64,000 bases of DNA, from positions 1 through 64,000 of the forward strand of contig OZ025716.1 of assembly GCA_964019335.1 (NCBI GenBank). Direction: 5' to 3'. Shown here one piece after another: positions 44,701-55,184 of the stretch. A program made the position numbers and the translations under genes. The notes beneath the pieces were generated by a model. It was not told the DNA's origin and ran no database searches. It saw only the letters and a list, made by a program, of their open reading frames with translations. Within the stretch, counting starts at the first letter, position 1. The number at the start of each line of letters is the position of its first letter. The stretch is from Diplonema japonicum (lineage: Eukaryota; Protista; Euglenozoa: Diplonemea).

Positions 44701-45498
44701 ACATGAAAGACTCTGAAGAGCAGGTTGGTCTTCACACTGTTCTGCGGCCCTGGGGAGTGGGTGAGTGTTGGGGGGGAGCTTCACTGGGTGAACAGGTACG
44801 CCTCTGTGACGCGCACCTTCCTCCAGGACAAGGCGTGGTTCTTCGTGATCGAGTACGGGTCGTCGTTCGCCCTTGCCGCCATCGGCACCCTGAACACCGA
44901 GACCTTCAGTGGGTGCGGACATGTGAAGATGGCGATGGCTCTTGTGTTCATGGTGACTGTGATGTTGGAGGCGGTACTGTGGCCACACGCAAGGCCACGG
45001 GACAATGTGATGGACTTCATTGCACTTGGGGCACAGGTGGCGGCACTGCTGCTGATGGCGACAGCGTACTACAGAGGGAAGGACATCGGGGAGCATGGGC
45101 TGCATAAAGTGGCGGAGCTTCTGTTCATGACTGCAGCGATACTGCTTCTGGTGAAGGTGGCGGTGGACCTTGGGACGGAGCTGTACATCCTTGTGAAGGG
45201 AAGGCGGAGGAGGCTGCAACGGGAAGCGTGGGAGAAGATGAATCCATTTGAGGAGGAAATGGAGCTTCCTGGCAAGATCCCCAGTCCTGCGAGCCCCACA
45301 CTGTCGGAGAGCACCTTTGGAGTGTCGCTACTGTCGAAGGCGAACACATCTAAAGTACACAGCACCACCACAGGCACGAATTTTACAAGATCGACGGCCA
45401 CTGGCAGCAGTGCGTCACACCCGAACATGCAGAAGCATCTGTCAAAAGCTACTACAGAGCTTTCTGGGAGGCGAAGGGATCACTTCACAAAATTGTGA
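41787..45498 (+). CDS. Surface protein paralog 2 (single TM module) with a 2-nt frameshift at ~44723; pseudogene or sequencing error
   Basis: GAGCAGGTTGGTC here versus GAGCAGGGGTTGGTC in paralog 1. ORFs 41781-45107 and 44725-45498 together give the full protein. Confidence 0.8.
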
Positions 45499-46260
45499 GT
45501 ACAGCTGGAACAAACGGACAAAAAAAAAAAAAAAAATGAACAAAGTATTCGTAGGTATCCTATATCCTGCCTTCGTGTGGCAGGGTGGCCTTCATCTTCT
45601 ATTCTTTCTCTATCTTCTTCTTTCTGCGCCTACTCCTGTTCGGTTGAACTGTGTTTAGGTTTTTTCAGGCTTTCGCTCATTCACGTAGAAATTCACCTTC
45701 GGTTTCTTTGTGGATAGTGGGCCTTTTTGTTTCATCCTTCCCATCTTTTGTTCTTAATTCTTGTTTCTTTTTTCCATATCAGTATTCTCTTTGATGGGAT
45801 ATGCTGTTGGATGCACTCTTCCTTTCCACACCTTTCTTCCCCTCCCTCTTACACCCACTTTCGAAGAAGAAAAAAAAAAAAAAAAAAGAACTCGTAAGAA
45901 AAAAGACTATAAACCACCCTTGCATTCTATTGCCACCCATGGATAGGTTCCCCTTTACACTGGTGGCAATAAGGCAGAGAAGGTAGTTTCGCGCTGCCTG
46001 CTGGGGGGGGTTTTTTTTTCCCCTTCTTTCTTCAGGGCCCCCGGTAATGTGGGGATAGACCGGCGATCGCCTAAGCAATTCTCTTTGAAAAATCGCCGGT
46101 CAACGTAGACCGGCGAATTTCTTGTTCCTGCGGTAGGCCCACGGGGGGGGGCAGGGGTTGCCCCTTTTGTGTGAGGAATTCTTTCTTCTCCTTTTATTAA
46201 TCCGGATGGGTAAAGGCCGTGCGAGAAGACTAGTTTCAGTCTAGTGGTGAGCTTTCCAAG

Positions 46261-46488
46261 CTTAAGACAAGTTCTTCCCCTATCGACCACGACACCATCA
46301 GGGAGACTCTAGAGGGCTCTTTCCTAAGCCCTGCATCGATAGAGTTCTTCTTGCTGCTATCCGCAATTCCCTGTTCTACAGCAGCGGTCGAATGGTTTCA
46401 GCAAATCGGGGTATCAATTAAACCTGAGAAACTGAACTGTCTATTGGTGATAAGCACGGAGGGGGCAGTGCTCCGTCATGCGTCATGA
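46261..46488 (+). pseudogene. Internally deleted reverse-transcriptase relic of a third retroelement family
   Basis: The frame reads PIDHDTIRETLEGSFLSPASIEFFLLL...AVEWFQQIGVSIKPEKLN, resembling RT domain 3 joined to the domain 6/7 motif GLxINPxK. Confidence 0.45.
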
Positions 46489-47407
46489 GACGGTTTCATG
46501 ACATGCCGACAAGCAGACGGCATGTGAACCTTAAAAGTCTATTTTTATTTATTTTTTTTGAATAAAGGGTCAAAAAAAAAAAAAAAAAAATCGGGCCAAA
46601 AAATATCGCAGGTCTATCGGGAAAAAACTCATTTTGAACCGGGGGGGGGGGGGGGGGGCTGCTTTCTTTCTTTTTTGTTTTGTTATGTACTTTCGTTTCC
46701 CTCCTTTCCCCCCGTCTTTCTTCCATTATGAAGGCTACTCGTTGTCACAGGGTGCTTTAGTATCGTCAGAGTAGGAACCACTCCCTCCCTTCTTCCCCCT
46801 CTTTTTAAGAAAGAAAGTACTCACCTCGTTCCCCACAGTGGTGAAGTTGATTTTTTTTTTTTTTTTTTTTTTAATAGCCGTGAAGCCAATTTGAATGACC
46901 GTAATTCTTTTTGAACTCTTTCTTTTTTAAAAACATTCTTTGTTGTCATCTTGACCTCTGGCGGAGCCTGCAATTACTTATTACGCTGCTTGTCATCTCG
47001 ACAATGAAATTGTTAAAACAAATAAAAAGAAAAGTCCTCCAATTGGTGCATGACTATTCGAACCCCTTCCCCCCCTCTCCCCGAATTATTTGCACGCTCT
47101 GTCTCCAAAGAGTTCGCAGCAGGTATTTCCTTTACCTTTACTTTTCCACCAGTTGTAATTCCTTTGTTGAGCCCAATAGTTGTTGTGAAAAGGTATTTCT
47201 GTTAGTCGCAGCCGGGGTTTTTCTTTTTCTTTTTTTTATTATTCCCAAAACAGGGCACCACCGACATTGGCCTCCTTTGTCTCTTCTATCTTTTCTTTTG
47301 AAAATCTTCATTTGGTTGCCGTGTTTGTAGTTTTTCTCTTTTTATATTTTCCCCAGTAGATCTTTTGGAACTTAAAAGATGCCCGCCAACAAAGAGTGTC
47401 AACCATG

Positions 47408-47442
<35 letters not shown>

Positions 47443-47450
47443 GCGAATAA

Positions 47451-48254
47451 TGACTATTGATTTATGAAAAATAAAGTGGGCTTTATTTCCCGCGGCTGAT
47501 AATCCGTCCGAGGGTGATTTTCCCTCGCTTCGCTCGTGAAAAACCAGATCCCCACTTTAATTCATGAATACGTAATTTTATTTATTTTCTGGTTCCCAAT
47601 GGCACTCCCAAACCCCCCCTAAGCCAGGAAGTCCAGGATGTGACATAACATTAAGACAGGGGCTTGCTTGCACTGCTCCACACCTTTGACATGGCAGTCA
47701 ACCTGGGCCAGTCTATTTTGTGCTCTTCATGGTATGCTTCAGGCGGCCATAAAGGGACCGGAGGCTCGACGGCTTAAGCCCTCTTATGTACAGTAGGGCA
47801 TCGAACTGCGTTATCATGTCGGCCTCCCTGGGCTTTCTGGTGCGGAAGCTGCTGAACTCGATGAACTCTGAGGAACGCATGGCTACGACAAGAGACCTCT
47901 GTTCTCGTCCACCCAAACTGCTCCCTACTTAGGGCTGCGAGCGATGTTCTTACTGCAGATGCCATCCATGGCTGAAAGGCAACCCCAGCCGACACCAAGA
48001 TGCAACAGCAGAATGGTGACAGACACGTGTAGATCCCCAGTCCACGGTGGGCACTAACCATGGCACAAATACCGTAAAAATAGATTTTATGGCCTCTTTC
48101 CTCTGACACCCCATTTTCACAAATCTGCAGAAAACATGAGGGGAAAAAAAAAAAAAGTACTTTATTTTCCCTAGGGAAATATGGAAAAAAACTTTATTTT
48201 CCCAGCTCTAGCCAAAAAATCCCCTTTTAGAGGGAATCCAGAAAATAAATAAAA
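47451..48254 (-). mobile_element. Internally deleted YR element C (minus strand)
   Basis: Inverted repeat 48232-48254 and 47576-47597; foldback containing CACGAGCGAAGCGAG (reverse complement at 47524-47538) and ending CAATAGTCA. ORF 47713-47916(-) EFIEFSSFRTRKPREADMITQF..PSSLRSLYGRLK resembles the YR N-terminus. Confidence 0.72.
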
Positions 48255-48611
48255 TAAAGTGTCGTCATTGTGATTGATTTTCTTATTCAAGCACCCCCCC
48301 TTTTTTTTAACGCTTAACTCCCGACCAAAGTGCGTCGGCGAGTGTGTATGTGTGGATGACCAGGTCCCCCCTTTTTTAAAGTAACTCGCTGCAGAATAGA
48401 CACGACGGGCCAAAGACACTACAACGTAAGAAGGGTCGAACACTAGATGAGGGCGATCCTGTCACATACTGCAGGTTCCGTTCAAAAGACAGCCCCCCCC
48501 CTCTTTTGAACGAGCATTCAATCATCCAACCACCAAGTCTTTATTTTCTCATCCTCAGCAATTGAAACATCATTAAAGGCAAAGGGGGTGTTGGGAGGAA
48601 CAACCCTTCAA

Positions 48612-50612
48612 ATGCACGCTGTTAGGGCACTGCTTGTTGCCCTGTTGTTCCCCCTTCATGCTTGGGCAGCCACCATCACCTTGCGTGTCACTACTGGGAC
48701 TGACATTCTTCAATCTGGTTCTTCTTACACCTTCACCCCAACTGTGCACTCTTCGTCTGCAAGCTGCACTGCTACATCCATCTCAAATCCATCTGCTAGC
48801 GATGTGAACAATGTGACTGCATCGTGCTCCTTCGCAGCGGCTGATATCTCTCAGGTGAGGATACCCAATATGGGTACTGACGCATGGCAAGTTGTTAAAA
48901 TGGAGCTCCAGATCAATGGGGCGTGGATGCTGCTGTGGGCTGTGAACCTGTCCCCTCCTAACTTGGAGACTTGGATTGATGATGATAGCAGCGCGCCCGA
49001 TCACGCCACAGGGATCTGGGAGATGCTCCCCTTGAGGATGTTCATCACCACCCGGTCTTTCACCAGCGCGGGGTCCGGTGCCACTTACACCCCAAGCTTC
49101 ATCTCCACAAGCAGTGCCACCTGTGCAGGGACATCCATTGCCGCCCCTGCACAGGGGGCAAGTTACTGGAGTGTTGCCGGTTGCTGGGCACTGTCCACCC
49201 TTGCGCGTGTTGAGATCACTGCCCCCAGTTCTGACTCTTGGGAAGTGCAAAAGGCCTCCATCGACAGGGGGGGTGGCACACTTGAGCAGTGGGTGGCCAC
49301 CAACCAGGCCCCTCCCTCGCTGACACCCATCATCGACGATGACGACCTTACAGAGTACAAGAAGGCCGTCCTGCAGGCACCGAACATCAAGGTCCGCATT
49401 GTCACAGCAGCCACTCCGGCCAGTGCTGATTGTATTTACACGTTTGCACCTAAGTTCATCTCGAAGACAAGTGTCGTCTGTGATGGGTCAGTGGTTGTAG
49501 CGCCAGGACTGGGAAGCAGCATCCTGTCTCTGGGTGTGTGCTCCTTCCCTCCTGAGGACCTTGAGCGGGTGGAGATATCTCAGCAAGGTAATGACGGCTG
49601 GGACATCTCTGAGCTGTATGTTGAAGTGGCTTCTGTTGAGCAGCAATGGTGGGCCATCAATGAGTCACCTCCGGCACGTAGCACTGTTGTTGATGGGGAT
49701 GGTGCCACTCGGCACCTCAAGGCTATCTTTGCCATTTTTTTCACACCAGCTCCTGCAACTCCGGCACCGGCAACACCAGCACCCCCCACTGCACAGCCAA
49801 CCCTTTCACCAGCAACACCGGCCCCATCAACACCGGCTCCATCCACACCGGCCCCAGCAACATCAGCACCTGCGACTCCCGCACCTGCAACACCAGCACC
49901 TTTATCACCTGCACCTGCAACGCCCGCCCCTGTGACTCCCGCACCTGCGACACCAGCACCGCTAACACCTGCCCCAGCAACATCAGCACCTGCGACTCCC
50001 GCACCGGCAACACCAGCACCTTTATCACCTGCACCTGCAACGCCCGCCCCTGTGACTCCCGCACCTTCAACATCAGCACCAGACACCCCAGCACCTGATA
50101 CGACCATTCCAGACACCCCTGCACCTCCAACAGCGGCACCTCCTCCCACTTCTCAGTCTACTGTCCCTGTTACTATGGGACCCACCACACCATCGCCACC
50201 AACGCCAGCGCCTCTCACCCCTGTTCCATCCACCCTTGGACCCGTGCCATGGACACCAGTGGAGCTCCTTGTTCGGAGGGGAAGGAGCGAGCTGTCGTCA
50301 GAAGCAATACAAGAGGGAGAGGGGGAGAGGGTGGAGTGGGAGCTTCTTGGGGGCTTGGGGTTGCGGTGTTCCGGGTGCCTCGTGGAGGTGGAGGTTCGGT
50401 GGAAGGAAGGAGGGGCGAGGTGCGGGGACGGGTCGGCACAGCAGTGCAAGGGAGGGGCCTGCATCGTGGTGGAAACGGACAGGAGCCCCTCGCACAACAA
50501 CGATGGCCTTGCTGGGACTGTGGTGCGGACCTGTGGGGCTGTAAAGGGGCAGCTTGAGACATACGAGAGCACCAGCAACAACAACAACAACGACAACAAC
50601 AGCAGCGACCTC

Positions 50613-50644
<32 letters not shown>

Positions 50645-52583
50645 GATCACTCTGTCGATAGCAGACGAGGGGTTTCGAGCGTACTCCCCGATGAGCGAGA
50701 AGCTGAAGGTTCATGTGTCTCGGGAGGTGTTCGGAGAGGAGGCGTGGGAAGAGCTGTGTTCGGACCCCATGAGAAGGAGGACCGGGGAGGGACTTCTTTG
50801 TTGGTGCGGTGGTGTGAACAATGACAAGGGAAACGACAGCATGGCAACGACACCCCCTGTGGTCTTCGTAGACGGGGGCTGTGTGGCTGAGTACAAGATC
50901 CAGTCACAGGTTCCTGAGTTCCCGAACAAGGATGAGCTGGATACCGTGTCCACAATAGGTGCGGGTTCGATCCTTGTGATGTCAGCACTGGCTCCTGTGT
51001 CTGTGGGGGCTGGGGGCGGTGTGATGCGTGTGTCCCTCCTCACGAAGGGGATGCTGTGTCCCAGCGACGGTCCGACGAAGCTCGACAGACTCGTGAACCC
51101 CTTCCAGCTCCGCATTGGGGACGACCCGAGGGTACGGGAGGTGAACGGGGCAGTTGTCGGGGGGATCCTCCTCCAGTTCGCCTTCATCCTGCTGGGGACC
51201 TTGTGTGTCCTGTACGTGTATGTGAAGATCAAAGACGAGGATGACGAAGGAGAAGGAGAAGGAGAAGGAAAAGGAAAGGAAGGAGGTTTTGGAGAGGGCG
51301 GTCTGAGGAGGTTGGAGCGGGACGGGTTGACGGCGACCTACCTGGCGGCAAGGGGGCGCTTCGGGTGGCTTCTCATCCCCGCTGTGTTCATGTATGGGGG
51401 AGCGGTGATGAGCTGCAGTGCGGCCCTCCTCTACAGCTCTACCCTGTTCAAGGTTTTGGGTGGGGCGGACCTCGCCCTTTTCGGGGTGGGGCTTCCTGTC
51501 TTCGCCTTCCGTGCGTCTCTGCGTGTGAAGGGCCACGCCCATGTGGAGCCATTCATCAACCACAACAATGAAGACAAGAAGCAGCAGCAACAACAACAAC
51601 AACAACAAAAGAGGCTTCGGTGGCTGTTGTGGGGTTCGTCGGAGTGGGTTGTGCACAACGATTTCCTGGACGAGTCGTGGCAGGAGCTCCACCGGCTTGT
51701 GTACGACGGCTACAAGGAGTATGCGAGGAGCTTCCTCGGACAGGAGCTCTTGTTCACGTGCTTGCTGGGGATGGTGGAGGCGTACGAGCCGTCGACCCCG
51801 CACCAGTGCCGTGTGAAGGGGGTGCTGGTCTGCGTGCTGTTCGGGTTGTTCCTGTTGTTGCTCTTGGTGTTCCGTCCGTACCTCGCTCCTTACGAGAACG
51901 CAGCCGAGGCGGGGATCGTGGGGCTGGAGTTCACGATGGCCTGCTTCATCCTGGTGGCCCTTGGGGAGGAGCGGCCGACGGAGCACTGGTCGGCGCTGTG
52001 GGCTGGGAACCTTGCGATCACAGTTATAAACCTCATCGTGTTGAAGTTCCTTGTGGACCTGGCGATCTTCCTGTACGACGAGAGGGAGGTGTGGGCCTAC
52101 AAGGGGGGCAAGGGGCTCTTCCTTGTCCACCTTCTCTGCTGCGGGAACAGGATGCTCCACGACGACAAGGAATGGGCTTCGGGGGTGACCCCTGACCTCC
52201 GCCGTGGCAAGAAGAAGGAAAGGGGGACGATGGAAGACAACATCAACAACAACTACAACTACAACAACAACAACAACTACGACAACGAAGGCTACAGGGG
52301 ACTTCTTCTCGAAGAGACCGAGCAGAAGCAGCAGCATGGCAAAGCAGGCTTCAGTGCAGGTGGGGACCCGACAACTCCTTTCACCCAGCTGGGCGACCTG
52401 GATGGATTCCTTCCTGTGAGCAACCCCTTGCGCCACTGGGAGGGGCAGGATAGTGGGAATGGGAGCAGGGGGAGTGGGGTTGACAGCCCCCCTTCCCCCA
52501 TGAGCGACTTCTCAAGGTACCGCCCACCTTACCAGCCACACTATGGGATCGCCTGGGAGGGTGTCGTGAGGGAGAAAGCCTGA
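48612..52583 (+). CDS. Surface protein paralog 3: same PLAT-like head and stalk fused to a different Cys-rich plus multi-TM tail
   Basis: Head near-identical to paralogs 2 and 4. After ~50250 the sequence has no DNA-level similarity to the paralog 1/2 tails and contains poly-N and poly-Q tracts. Confidence 0.87.
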
Positions 52584-52988
52584 TATTAAAAAGGATGGCT
52601 CTTAAAAAAGGATGCTCTTGATGAGTTGATGAAGGCGAAATATGTTCTGTCGCTGGCTCCTCTGATTCTGACACCACCATTGCCGCGGGAAAGGGAGAGA
52701 ACTGTTGTCTTTCTATCGGGACAAAAGATATCTTATCCAGAGCTGGATCAAAAGGCCGGTAAATGCATCAGGAAAAAAAAAGACGTCCCTTGAGGTTCAG
52801 CGTCAAGGGCAGTTGTGGCAGGGCTTGCGGAATGGTGTAGGAGTGTAAGCCTGTTTTTCTTTTTCTTTTTTCATCGCGACAAACAGCCGCCGGTGACCGA
52901 TTAGTTTGTATCTCTTGAAATTTTATCAAAACCTTTATTGTGTTTCGCTTAACCGTTTGCTTTACTAAGAAACACGAATTTATCTTTT

Positions 52989-53315
52989 AGGTGGTGGGGA
53001 TAACATGAAAATATAAGAAGTACATCAGATGTGTTGTTCGCTGTTGACCTCCTCGTCGGTCATCACCGGTAGCGCCCGAGTGGAAGAACGTAACGCAGAT
53101 GCTCAGGGTGACGAACAGGCAGCAAACTGCACGAGCGCAGAATCTTGGTTACCCGGGACGCCCCGGCTAGGGTTGAGCACACCGCACGCATTAAGGACAC
53201 GACGCGGAACGCAGAAGAAGCTACTGCTCGGCCGAGGAGCGCCCCCTGTAATCAAGTAGGTAGTTCGTGCTTCATTGCACGCTTAACGCCACCTAGTGTT
53301 GCAATCAAAGCCCCA
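52989..53315. mobile_element. ~330-bp SINE-like element, copy 2, with 8-bp TSD TATCTTTT
   Basis: TATCTTTT at 52981-52988 and 53316-53323; near-identical to 4991-5319. Confidence 0.85.
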
Positions 53316-53530
53316 TATCTTTTCTTTTTTTTTAAAGCTCAGTCATCGCTCTTCGAGATTGCACGACCCCTCCCCCTCCCCGTTTTTTCCCCTCACGCGG
53401 AGTTTGCATGATCGACTTCTTTTGTTTTTTTTGAGAGTCAGGTTTCGCCGTCAAAAAAAAAAAAAAAAAAAAAAAAAAGAAAACACGCCATCGTTGTTTT
53501 TGTCTTTTTTTGTTTTGTTTTGTTTTTTTA

Positions 53531-53681
53531 GAGCCGCTACGCGACAGGACAGGATGGCCCCTGTGTCTTGAACAGCACATAATTCTGCCAAGGAGATGCC
53601 TTTGTGTACCTGGAAAAGCTGCAACGATACTTGGCCGTGGTGGGAGAAGCGGGGGGCTTGTCCTGTACTTTGAGTTTTTTT
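53531..53681 (+). mobile_element. Diverged, 5'-truncated and internally deleted relic of LINE family B
   Basis: Aligns to ~40929-41055 (EPLRxRxGWPLCLE..LEKLQRYxAVV), joined directly to the 3' terminus GGGGG.TTGTCCTGTACTTTGAG(T)n. Confidence 0.8.
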
Positions 53682-54329
53682 AGTCAAACTTTCTTCTTTT
53701 TTCTAGATAGTTATTCTTACCCAGTTGTTTGGTCTGCTGCTGAAGAACATTGCCACTTGTTGTTCTGTATATCACTATCTGTCAGAATGTACATAGCTGT
53801 GCGGCCAAAAAGAATAATCCCCCCCCCCCCCCCCTCCCCCCTTTATCACCTTGACTGCATCGGGTTATCAGAGGTACGGTTTTCACGGTGCACCCTCGTG
53901 TGTGTGGGGAAGCAGCTGGATGATCGTGATGGTGTTGAGAGCTCGTCTCCCGCGTGCGACCCACCGTGTCTGTGACCACCGATGTCACGCCTACAAAGAG
54001 TGTCTTAAACCACGACCACCAGACAGCAACCGAAGAACGGTGACCGATTAGTGTGAATTTCTCCCTGGATGGTGAGCGCTTAATTTGCACACCGAAATTT
54101 AAATCAACCTCTTTTCTGCATGTAGCACAGCACTAGTACATTCGTGGGCCTTTCTGAGGGTGCGGAGTCTGGTGTTCCAGTAGTGCAGCAGCGAGAACGA
54201 TTTTCCTCTCCCTTCTTATTCTCTCTCCTTTCTGTTCCATTTCCTCCCTTTTTTTCTTCTTCTTCCCCCCAAATTAAAAAGTACTTCAGGTTGGGGGAAC
54301 GGGGATGTGGCACGGGACCCATGGCTATG

Positions 54330-54879
54330 TCTCACAAGCTGCCTTCGTCCTTTCTCAGCAGTGTGCACTTCGTGGCATCTCTGCCCACAACGTACCAGGA
54401 GGCCTGCAGTGGCAGACCATTATGACTGTCTTGATAACGAAGGGTGGTGCAGGTGTTCTGCGGGAAAGATGCTGACAGGGTTGTTCAAAAGTGGCTGCGG
54501 ACAACTCCTATGCCTTGGCAGCTACCATGCGCAAGGCCGATAGCACAGGTGTCGACTGCTGTCACCAGCAAATGAACGGCCTCAACAGAGCCACCTATGA
54601 GAACGGCGCTGAATAGTCTGCTGACTGCGACACATGCTTCGATCCGTCTTCTGGTGATGTGATGTCCCCACCACCTACACCTACATGGCAGGCAGAAGTC
54701 GAGGTGCTACCCCCAACGACCTGACGGCCCTCGACCTCGGGTGGTACAAGGAGCTGATCTTTATCTCGCCAGCACCACCTACACTTGCACCTCCTATGCT
54801 TGCGCCCTCCACTCACATCACCTCCACTCGGGCACCTCCCACTCCCTGCGCCGGAGGAGGGGCAGCCACCCCAAGGTAA
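54330..54879 (+). pseudogene. Degenerate fragment of another Cys-rich secreted or mucin-stalk protein
   Basis: Broken frames give DCLDNEGWCRCSAGKMLTGLFKSGCGQLLCL and later SPAPPTLAPPMLAPST. Confidence 0.4.
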
Positions 54880-55184
54880 TTTCATGTATACAATTTATAA
54901 CCTTTCCCTTAATCTGTAGTAATTCCTTTGTTCCCTTACTTTGTTGGCTCATTACTTCAACTTCGCGAAGCTGTTGTGTTGGGTACTTGCTTTGCCATTC
55001 GCTTTACAAAAAAGAAAAAAAGAAAAAAAGGAAAAAAAAACAGTTTCTGTCGAGCCCAGCTGAGCTTTTTTCCTCTTTTGAATGAGCATTCAATCATCCA
55101 ACCACCAAGTCTTTATTTTCTCATCCTCAGCAATTGAAACATCATTAAAGGCAAAGGGGGTGTTGGGAGGAACAACCCCTTCAA

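Noticed and set aside
48479-48512. Hairpin CGTTCAAAAGA..TCTTTTGAACG as a terminator
   Set aside because: Bacterial-type terminators are not relevant here, and the left arm is absent from the paralogous flank at ~55070.
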